A stretch of DNA of 24,000 nt from Acidianus brierleyi (lineage in GTDB: Archaea; Thermoproteota; Thermoprotei_A; Sulfolobales; Sulfolobaceae). The DNA lies in NCBI RefSeq assembly GCF_003201835.2, contig NZ_CP029289.2, forward strand, positions 2,510,378 to 2,534,377, written 5' to 3'. The translations under genes were made by a program, and so were the position numbers. Positions 1 to 7,022 of the stretch are shown piece by piece. A model generated the notes under the pieces. That model saw nothing but the letters and a program-made list of their open reading frames with translations, did not search any database and was not told where the DNA came from. Every line of letters begins with the position of its first letter. The stretch's first letter is position 1.

Positions 1-165
1 TGCTCCTGTCGGTTCGACCACTATTGTGTTTAGTTTCACTTTTAGTATTTCTTCATAACCCTTCTTGTTGTTCTCGTAGACCCTCCCCTCACTCGTTACT
101 AGATGATCTTTTGATATGTCTATTCCTAGGATCCCTACCTCTTTATCACACCTATATCCGTGCAT
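1..165 (-). CDS. IS110-family (DEDD-type) transposase/recombinase, N-terminal 55 codons only; the CDS runs off the left edge of the window
   Basis: Absent from the ORF track because it is short. Reverse-strand translation from ATG at 165-163 is open to position 1: MHGYRCDKEVGILGIDISKDHLVTSEGRVYENNKKGYEEILKVKLNTIVVEPTGA. The GIDxSK...hhhhE(A/P)TG pattern is the characteristic N-terminus of the IS110 DEDD domain (compare IS621 GIDTAKEKL...CIEATGTY). Confidence 0.75.
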   Translation of the reverse strand, partial: MHGYRCDKEVGILGIDISKDHLVTSEGRVYENNKKGYEEILKVKLNTIVVEPTGA

Positions 166-294
166 ATTATCACAATGTTCAGTCCGATAGTAGGGATTTG
201 TCACGCCCCCTCTCGAAGACTTTGCTTCAGTCAAAGGGTCGACCATGTTTCCCAGTTGGAGAGTATTACTCTCCCCAACTAATTAATCTATATA
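166..294 (-). ncRNA. 5' non-coding leader directly upstream of the IS110-family recombinase; candidate bridge-RNA-type region (extent uncertain)
   Basis: No plausible ORF. Contains an imperfect hairpin, agttgg(gg)agagt / actctccaact (about 258-284), and other short stems. IS110-group elements are known to encode their guide (bridge) RNA in the non-coding end upstream of the recombinase. Boundaries and transcription are not shown by the sequence alone. Confidence 0.3.
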
Positions 295-1012
295 GGTTCA
301 AAGGGGGCGGAAGACTCCATCCGTAAGGGTGGAGATGAATAGGCTCCACATGCTTCGCCTCTAACATGGCTAGGCGATAGCTTGAAGAGCCGAGGAAACC
401 ACTCGATAGAGGTTAACTTTAGGATCTTCACTTTGTATGTGTAATACTCTTTTTCTAATTCTTGAATTTTTCTATAATACGCGTTGTATTGTTAATTTTG
501 TTAGGAGATAGTGCGAACTAACTATGAGAACGTCCCCTTAAATTTTTGCACACTCCTACTCGGGATGTTGTCCCACATGTTAGATCGCGGGGGACGTATA
601 GCCAGCCTCCCACATGGGGTTTTATCCCCATGCCCACTTTCGGCTTGTGTTATTTTCTTGTTCTCTTTATAAAAGTTTTACTCTTGTAAGGCTTGTCTTC
701 TTGTTTAGGAGTGTTGTTCGTGAAAATCGCCGTAGGAGCCCCCTTTGTAGTTACATTTAAATACGTATTTTTCAAATATTCTCTTAATGGCAGTCACTGA
801 CGGAGTAAGCGTCACTGAGACGCCTTGGTTAAAGCGAGGGTCTATGTGGTACGCCTCTGCTCCATTCAACAGTCCCATATTGGGATACTGTGGGTTCACA
901 TTAGTGCTCGGGGTCGGAACGACCCTTAGTGCCTGTGGAGCTGAGACCTCTACCTTTGGCAAGCCTCGGCTTTGAAGCAGGAAGCCACGTCCGTTAGGGC
1001 GGAGTAGTTCAC
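295..1012 (-). repeat. GC-rich structured repeat, composite copy A: B-type interior (738-1003) plus C-type interior (341-737) plus shared 3' hairpin module (295-340)
   Basis: Read on the minus strand it starts GTGAACTAC (1012-1004) and ends ...CCCCCTTTGAACC (to 295). Positions 738-1012 are near-identical to 5203-5480 over about 250 nt; ORF-track peptides are identical on both strands. The ends of 341-737 match 9311-9493 (about 57 nt each side, 1-2 mismatches). Markedly more GC-rich than flanking DNA. Confidence 0.85.
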
Positions 1013-1883
1013 CATTGCCGCAATACCCCCAATTATACTTCTATTATTAAGAAGAAAAATGCCAGAGAGTATCAGATGGGCCGCCGAAGTAGGGAATAAG
1101 AAAAAAGTAGAGGAAGCCGTAAAGAGACTGGAGAAATGTGGCTTAGAACCTGAGGTTAATTTTGACGCAATTCAAGAAGACAAACCTACATTAAAGCAAA
1201 ATCTCAAAGCATTCTTCAGTAGGACATATGCTAGACAAGTAGCCTTCATTTTCTGGATTGGTGCAGCATACGCTTTGACAGTCAACTTAGTTTCAGTATA
1301 CTCTAGTAAGGTTCTCTCAGATTTAGGAGCTTCGTCCTTTGAATCCCTATTAGGTACTCTGAGTATAGATATTTTAGGAACTTTTGGAGTTTTAATAACA
1401 GTATTTGCGGCGGACAAATTAGGGAGAAAGGTCCTAGGCACACTAGGTTTTGGACTTTCTGCAATTCCATTGGCGGTACTTTACGTGGCCTATTTGATGG
1501 GTTTCCTATCGATTCCTTTAGTAGTAGCAATGTTCTCATTATTCTTCCTTATAAATGTAGGATTTGTAGGTACTTTACAATACGTTCCAGCAGGAGAAGT
1601 ATTTCCTACAAGATTAAGGGGACTATCAGTAGGTTGGGAGAAATTATTCGAATTCGGTTTAGCTTTGCCAGCATTGTCGTTGTATGCATTTCTAGGAGTA
1701 GCGAATTCATTACTTTATGATATAATAGTTGCAATAATTGCAGCAGCAATATATTACTTCCTCTCGTTAGAAACTAAACAAATGCCATTAGAAGAGATAC
1801 AAAGAAGATATACTGGAAATGAAGGAATACCTAGCTTTGCATTAAAAGACATAGCAAGAAGCAAGGATAAGGATAAGTTATAA
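1008..1883 (+). pseudogene. MFS sugar-porter-type transporter, C-terminal half only; truncated by the insertion ending at 1012
   Basis: ORF 1059-1883 begins MPESIRW (the PESPRW-like loop motif after TM6 of sugar porters), followed by about 6 hydrophobic segments. The frame is open upstream to 1008 (FTIAAIPPIILLLLRRK, TM6-like) and breaks exactly at the repeat terminus (1004-1012). No N-terminal half is present in the window. Confidence 0.7.
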
Positions 1884-1917
1884 ACTTTTTATATCTTTTT
1901 ACGTTTTATTTAACATT

Positions 1918-3012
1918 TTATATCAAGATTATTAAAAGAGATAATAAAGGGCCTATTATTAAACTATCTATTGCTAGCATGGGACTTCCTATGGATATTA
2001 CTATGCCCACAAATAAAGGCGCTATCATAGATCCTATCTGAGATATGGCATTAGCAAACCCCATGGAAGTTCCAGCGTTTTCTTTCCCCATTATTTTTAC
2101 GACTATTGAATCTGTAGGAGGTCTATACATAAAGGAAGATATTCCAAGTATAACACTGATTGGTATAAGGAGATACAGATCTCTTGTAAATGATATAATA
2201 ATTATTGAAATAATAAAGAGAATTAATGAGGTTTTAACTAGTTTAATATCCTCCATAATTCTCGAAAGTCTTTCTGAGAGTATTATAGAAAGCACTTGGC
2301 CTATTGCGTATAATATAAATAGAATTTCGGAAAGTTTTTCAGGTACATTATCGTAGAGGACTAAAAAGGGAAATAGCCACGACGACGTTCCCCATGTACC
2401 CCATAACTCTCCAGCTCTTATAATCGAGACCTTACCTACTCTCTTATTTAGTATAACTTTTCTAGCACTCTCTGATTTACCAGATTTAACATTAAGAAAT
2501 AACGATAAAAAAGACGTCAATATTAATCCTATGAATATACAGATATAGAAAAATTTCCAATAAATTAATATTATTCCAGAAAGAGTAGCTAAAATAAGTA
2601 AAACTATTGGAGCTGAACTTTCTAAGAGAGCTAAATATGGTGTTAATGGTCTTTCCAACAATGAAACTATTTTTACTGATGATGGGAAAAGTCCTGCTGT
2701 TAAAAGACCTTCAATAAAATACAATAAGTAAAGTTCATATATACTTTTTATAAATATGAAAAATGGTATAAAAATTCCTGAAAGTAATGCTGAAATAAAT
2801 ATTGATTTTTTTGGTCCTACCTTATCTATAAATATACCCCATAATATTGAACTACTTACGTAACCTACATAAAAAAGAAAGAGTACTGTTCCTATTTCAA
2901 CTGAAGTCATACGAAGAACGTAAGCAAAAGTTACTGCAACAACTCCCCAACTTAATCTTAAGGCTAATTGAAGAAAGGTTGCGGTCCAGCTTAAACCTAA
3001 AGAAAATCTCAT
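1918..3012 (-). CDS. MFS-type transporter (multi-pass membrane protein)
   Basis: 364 aa, hydrophobic throughout with about 10-12 predicted TM segments. Contains the MFS loop-like motif GIFIDKVGPKKS between TM2 and TM3. Confidence 0.8.
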   Translation of the reverse strand: MRFSLGLSWTATFLQLALRLSWGVVAVTFAYVLRMTSVEIGTVLFLFYVGYVSSSILWGIFIDKVGPKKSIFISALLSGIFIPFFIFIKSIYELYLLYFIEGLLTAGLFPSSVKIVSLLERPLTPYLALLESSAPIVLLILATLSGIILIYWKFFYICIFIGLILTSFLSLFLNVKSGKSESARKVILNKRVGKVSIIRAGELWGTWGTSSWLFPFLVLYDNVPEKLSEILFILYAIGQVLSIILSERLSRIMEDIKLVKTSLILFIISIIIISFTRDLYLLIPISVILGISSFMYRPPTDSIVVKIMGKENAGTSMGFANAISQIGSMIAPLFVGIVISIGSPMLAIDSLIIGPLLSLLIILI

Positions 3013-3423
3013 AAAAAATGAGTAGAATGAAGATTTTTAAATTTGTTTAAAGTTGGAAATACTTTGAAATGAAACATTAAGTTTTAGAACAAAACTTCTA
3101 ATGTATTACAAAAAATGGTAAAAAGGTATTCGATCAACTAATTTTTCATTAATACTCTCATCTTCTAAATACTTTTTATGAATATATGAATTTAACAGTA
3201 TAAATATTCATTAACGCTTACTTTTAGTAGGATAGTCTTTAAAAATTTTAAGATGAGATAAGTAACTAAAATTTTCTAGCGAACTCGTATGAAAAATTAT
3301 AAAGTTAACATTCTCAATATGCTAATTGAAAAAACATAAATAATCATTATTTAGTCTTTGAGATATAGATTCAGTTATTAAAACAGACAATGTAGACTAA
3401 AAGTATAAATATATGTAGATTTA

Positions 3424-3783
3424 ATGTATTATATGCAAACATGTCCCATGTGTGGAGCAAATCTGGTAGAAGGTTTAAGTTATTGTCAAGTATGTGGAGC
3501 AGACGTTAGTATATACGATCAAATATACCAGAGCATTCAAGGAGTTTCTCCATTTCAATCTCCAGGAAATCAACAAAATTTCCAACAACAAGACTTTTCA
3601 CAGCAAGGTTTTCAACAGCAGAATTTCCCGCAACAAGACTTTCAGCAGAATTTCCAACAACAAAATCCCCAGTATCAGCAAGGAATTCCTTGTCCTAACT
3701 GCGGTTTTATGAATCCACCAGACGCTAAAGTTTGTGGAAATTGCGGACAAGAATTAAAAAAACACCATCATCATTTCTTCTAA
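3424..3783 (+). CDS. Double zinc-ribbon protein with a central Q/N/F-rich low-complexity linker and a C-terminal HHHHFF tail
   Basis: CPMCGANLVEGLSYCQVCG and CPNCGFMNPPDAKVCGNCG form two CxxC...CxxC ribbons. The linker is QQNFQQQDFSQQGFQQQNFPQQDFQQNFQQQNPQYQQ. An alternative start is ATG at 3433. Confidence 0.75.
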   Translation: MYYMQTCPMCGANLVEGLSYCQVCGADVSIYDQIYQSIQGVSPFQSPGNQQNFQQQDFSQQGFQQQNFPQQDFQQNFQQQNPQYQQGIPCPNCGFMNPPDAKVCGNCGQELKKHHHHFF

Positions 3784-3814
3784 ATTTTTATATTTGAACT
3801 CACTTTTTATTAAT

Positions 3815-4549
3815 ATGCCAGAATACAGAATTCTTGGTTACGATATGCAACATGTAAGAGTATATTTAAACCAAGGTGAAATGGTTTACGGAGACGGAGG
3901 GCATTTAGTAGCAAAATCTCCTTCTATTCAAGTTAATTATGCAGCTCAAGGAGGAATAATAAAATCTTTTGAAAGAGAACTTACTGGCAGTAGATTCTTT
4001 ATAATGCAAATAATAGGACCTGGGGTAGCAGAATTTTCTTCTTTTCTTCCAGGAAGAGTAGTAAAAGTAGATCTTCAAGGTAATGGAATAAGAGTAGAGC
4101 ATAATTCTTTCCTTTTTGCAGAACAGGGAATTCAATATACAGCGGCATTAGATAAAATAACTGTAGGATGGTTAGGAGGAGAAGGATTACTGATGGAGCA
4201 TTTTACTGGACAGGGATCTGTATTTATCCATGCTTTAGGAGGAGTTAGCAGTTACGTTTTAAATCAAGGTGAAGAAATGGAATTTGAGGCCGGACATGTA
4301 TTAGCCTTCGATGATAATATGCAATATTCAATAACGAGGGCAGGAGGAATAAAAACAATGCTTTTTGGAGGACTTGAAAAGGAGGGAATGTTCTTTGTAA
4401 AACTTACTGGACCAGGTAGAGTATGGTTACATAACGTATCATTAGAACAGTTGATCTCTAAATTAAGATTAGTCGGTGGAGGCGGTGGTGGAGGTCCATC
4501 TCAAGGAACTCCTGACATAAATATTGGAGGATTCAACATAAATATATAA
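3815..4549 (+). CDS. AIM24 / TIGR00266 (DUF124) family protein with a C-terminal poly-Gly tail
   Basis: From MPEYRILGYDMQHVRVYLNQGEMVYGDGGHLVA through GGEGLLMEHFTGQGSVFIHALGG to GMFFVKLTGPGRVWLH matches the repeated beta-sheet signature of AIM24/DUF124. ATG at 3815 is preferred over the track's TTG at 3794. It lies 31 nt downstream of the zinc-ribbon gene. Confidence 0.85.
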   Translation: MPEYRILGYDMQHVRVYLNQGEMVYGDGGHLVAKSPSIQVNYAAQGGIIKSFERELTGSRFFIMQIIGPGVAEFSSFLPGRVVKVDLQGNGIRVEHNSFLFAEQGIQYTAALDKITVGWLGGEGLLMEHFTGQGSVFIHALGGVSSYVLNQGEEMEFEAGHVLAFDDNMQYSITRAGGIKTMLFGGLEKEGMFFVKLTGPGRVWLHNVSLEQLISKLRLVGGGGGGGPSQGTPDINIGGFNINI

Positions 4550-4561
4550 AAAATTATCTCT

Positions 4562-5086
4562 TTATGTTTTTATTTTATCAGGAAAATATTTTAGGAATTT
4601 AGTAATCTTTGGATCTATTATCACTCTACAATAAGGATAATTTCTATGCTTATCGTAAAAGTTATGATGATAATCCTCTGCCTCATAAAAAGCTTCAAAA
4701 GGCACAACTTCCGTAACTACTTTTTTCCCTATTTTCTTTTCTACTTCTCTTATTATTTCCTCTGCAATTTTTCTTTGCTCGTCATTATGATATAATATTA
4801 TAGATCTATATTGTGAACCAACATCGTTACCTTGCCTGTTTGGAGTTGTAGGATCGTGAATAGAGAAGAAAATTTCCAAAATATCTCTAAAAGAAATAAT
4901 ATTAGGATCAAAAGTAATTTGGACTACTTCAGCATGTCCCGTTTTGTCCGTACATACATCCTCGTACGTTGGATTAGGCACTTTTCCTCCAGAATATCCT
5001 GGTTTAACCTCAATCACTCCCTTAACTCTAGAAAAAACTGCTTCAGTGCACCAGAAACATCCTCCGCCTAATGTTGCTTTTTCCAT
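4562..5086 (-). CDS. msrA: Peptide-methionine (S)-S-oxide reductase
   Basis: N-terminal [12 protein letters not shown] active-site motif, plus [32 protein letters not shown] and [19 protein letters not shown], all canonical MsrA blocks. Confidence 0.95.
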   Translation of the reverse strand: MEKATLGGGCFWCTEAVFSRVKGVIEVKPGYSGGKVPNPTYEDVCTDKTGHAEVVQITFDPNIISFRDILEIFFSIHDPTTPNRQGNDVGSQYRSIILYHNDEQRKIAEEIIREVEKKIGKKVVTEVVPFEAFYEAEDYHHNFYDKHRNYPYCRVIIDPKITKFLKYFPDKIKT

Positions 5087-5202
5087 GAAAGATATATGAA
5101 GTAGCTAAAATTTAACTTAGTGTTAGAAAATTTAAAATAGTTGTTTTGAAAAGATTTACTATAAACCTTTGATGAAGTTTTTGGAAAACGAATATTGTTA
5201 TC

Positions 5203-5540
5203 GTGAACTACCATGCCCTAACGGGCGTGGCTTCCTGCTTCAAAGCCGAGGCTTGCCAAAGGTAGAGGTCTCAGCTCCACAGGCACTAAGGGTCGTTCCG
5301 ACCCCGAGCACTAATGTGAACCCACAGTATCCCAATATGGGACTGTTGAATGGAGCAGAGGCGTACCACATAGACCCTCGCTTTAACCAAGGCGTCTCAG
5401 TGACGCTTACTCCGTCAGTGACTGCCATTAAGAGAATATTTGAAAAATACGTATTTAAATGTAACCACAAAGGGGGCAATCCATCTCCACCCTTACGGAT
5501 GGAGTCTTCCACCCCCTTTGAACCCCTTGTTCAGATAAAA
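5203..5540 (+). repeat. GC-rich structured repeat, copy B (simple form: 5' GTGAACTAC, B-type interior, 3' hairpin CAAAGGGGG...CCCCCTTTG, tail GAACCCCTTGTTCAGATAAAA)
   Basis: Near-identical to the reverse complement of 738-1012. Dense local stems are visible: ccatgccc/gggcgtgg, gggtcg/cgaccc, gcgtc/gacgc and caaaggggg/ccccctttg. ORFs are open on both strands, with a composition unlike the local proteome. Confidence 0.85.
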
Positions 5541-5610
5541 TACTATCGGTAAGGTATATTGACAATTTTCATCTTAAATATTTAAGAACCGCACTTCAGA
5601 TTAATTATTT

Positions 5611-6798
5611 ATGAGTGAGGATTTAATCAAGGCGCTAATCAACAACGACGAATTCAATAAGAAGATAGCTAGTATAGTCTATGAAAAAATTAGAAACGAT
5701 GTTATATTGAATAAATTTGATGATATATATAAAATATTAAATGAGCTAACTAAATCTGTCCAAAAGAACACTGATCATATAATCCTTATATGGGAGAAAA
5801 TGGATCAAACTGATAAGACTATTAATAACATTATACAATCAATTAAGGATAACACTAACGCTATAAAGGAGATGCAAAATGAGGTAAGAACGTTAAATAT
5901 TACAACACAAAAACATACTGAAGCTATAGAGTCTCTTCAGAAAAATATTGATTCACATACGAAAGCAATAGAGACAATGCAGAAAACGTTAGAAAAGCAC
6001 AGTGAAATCATCGAAACACATACGAAAGCAATAGAGACAATGCAGAAAACGTTAGAAAAGCACAGTGAAATCATCGAAACACATACGAAAGCAATAGAGA
6101 CAATGCAGAAAACGTTAGAAAAGCACAGTGAAATCATCGAAACACATACGAAAGCAATAGAGACAATGCAGAAAACGTTAGAAAAGCACAGTGAAATCAT
6201 CGAAACACATACGAAAGCAATAGAGACAATGCAGAAAACGTTAGAAAAGCACAGTGAAATCATCGAAACACATACGAAAGCAATAGAGACAATGCAGAAA
6301 ACGTTAGAAAAGCACAGTGAAATCATCGAAACACATACGAAAGCAATAGAAGAACAATCTAAGGCAATAGAGAAGTTACAAAATGCGATTTTTAGACTAA
6401 GTACAGAGATAGGTGCGTTTACTAATAGAGCAGGTAAAGGTCTAGAGAAAAGTATAATGAATATATATAGAGAAGCGTTAAAATTACATGGTATAGATCC
6501 TTCTAACGTTAAACATGGTAAAATAAAGGATACCCTAGGAATAATAGATAAGGATAAGGAGTTTGAAGTAGACTTTTATGAGACCGATGATTACGTCTAT
6601 GTTTTTGAAGTTAAGAACTATGCAGATGAGGGAGTTTTAGAACAAATGAGAAATAGAATTAAATTGTTTTCCGCATTATATAAAAAGCCTATAAAATTCT
6701 ATATTATATCTAACTTTATAGAAAAATCTGTAAAAGAAGAAGCAGAAAAAGAAGCAGCAATAATTATTACATCTCATGTTGTAGAAGACGAAGCATAA
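5611..6798 (+). CDS. Coiled-coil protein with a 21-aa tandem-repeat array and a C-terminal PD-(D/E)XK-like domain (resembles the archaeal DUF3782 + PDDEXK_10 architecture)
   Basis: 395 aa. The N-terminal two thirds are heptad-like (KAIETMQKTLEKHSEIIETHT x6). The C-terminus, EFEVDFYETDDYVYVFEVKNYA...KFYIISNFIEKSVKEEAEKEAAIIIT, fits a D...(D/E)xK nuclease-fold core. The family assignment is from memory only. Confidence 0.7.
   Translation: MSEDLIKALINNDEFNKKIASIVYEKIRNDVILNKFDDIYKILNELTKSVQKNTDHIILIWEKMDQTDKTINNIIQSIKDNTNAIKEMQNEVRTLNITTQKHTEAIESLQKNIDSHTKAIETMQKTLEKHSEIIETHTKAIETMQKTLEKHSEIIETHTKAIETMQKTLEKHSEIIETHTKAIETMQKTLEKHSEIIETHTKAIETMQKTLEKHSEIIETHTKAIETMQKTLEKHSEIIETHTKAIEEQSKAIEKLQNAIFRLSTEIGAFTNRAGKGLEKSIMNIYREALKLHGIDPSNVKHGKIKDTLGIIDKDKEFEVDFYETDDYVYVFEVKNYADEGVLEQMRNRIKLFSALYKKPIKFYIISNFIEKSVKEEAEKEAAIIITSHVVEDEA
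5954..6350 (+). repeat. Perfect 63-bp tandem repeat, 6.3 copies, in frame inside the 5611-6798 CDS
   Basis: Units start at 5954, 6017, 6080, 6143, 6206, 6269 and 6332 (partial, 19 nt). Each encodes HTKAIETMQKTLEKHSEIIET. The antisense ORF 5937-6326 also repeats exactly, which indicates nucleotide identity between units. Confidence 0.95.
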
Positions 6799-7010
6799 AT
6801 TTTTCAACTTTATTTAAAGATTTATTTATAAAAATACCATTTAATATTTAAATTTCAATGATAATAGTTCTTATTTAGTATGAACTACACAATACTTGTA
6901 TTGTATTTTATTATTTACAAGTTTTTAAATGATTAAACTATTATATTTATTTATGGTAACATGCATAATTTTATCAATTTTATTTAATTTATTTTTTATA
7001 TTTAATTATA

Positions 7011-7019
7011 TGAGGTGAT
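7011..7019 (+). promoter_or_regulatory. Shine-Dalgarno site for the 7023 CDS
   Basis: TGAGGTGAT lies 3-4 nt upstream of ATG 7023. It is complementary to the conserved archaeal 16S rRNA 3' end (AUCACCUCA). Confidence 0.55.
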
Positions 7020-7022
7020 GAT

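Noticed and set aside
24-975. Track ORFs 24-326 (+), 705-962 (-) and 787-975 (+) as protein-coding genes
   Set aside because: They lie inside the IS110 5' region and the GC-rich repeat. Frames are open on both strands simply because of GC richness. Their amino-acid composition (P/Q/A/V/R/S rich) is unlike the local K/I/E/L-rich proteome. ORF 24-326 is antisense to the clearly recognisable IS110 recombinase N-terminus.
3013-3423. The 410-bp AT-rich divergent intergenic region as a replication origin or hidden gene
   Set aside because: Only short AT-rich inverted repeats were seen (e.g. atgaatat...atattcat), as expected by chance in such sequence. There are no recognisable origin recognition box repeats and no convincing ORF.
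1172-4135. Overlapping or alternative-frame ORFs 1172-1441, 1303-1539, 2045-2356, 3494-3712 and 3905-4135
   Set aside because: Each is nested in or antisense to a better-supported CDS (MFS genes, zinc-ribbon gene, AIM24 gene) and has low-complexity composition.
5169-5552. Track ORFs 5169-5552 (+) and 5240-5512 (-), a conserved peptide shared with 705-962
   Set aside because: The shared peptide only reflects nucleotide identity of repeat copies A and B. The diverged copy D has a 5-nt indel in the shared segment, which is incompatible with a conserved frame.
5937-6326. Antisense ORF with a repeated MISLCFSNVFCIVSIAFVCVS unit
   Set aside because: It is an artefact of the 63-bp tandem repeat staying open on the opposite strand. 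The sense frame belongs to a long, well-formed 395-aa CDS.
7012-7018. GTGATGA upstream of the 7023 CDS as a C box of a C/D box sRNA
   Set aside because: No D box (CTGA) or C'/D' motifs occur at a suitable distance. The sequence is a perfect anti-16S Shine-Dalgarno match, correctly spaced from ATG 7023.
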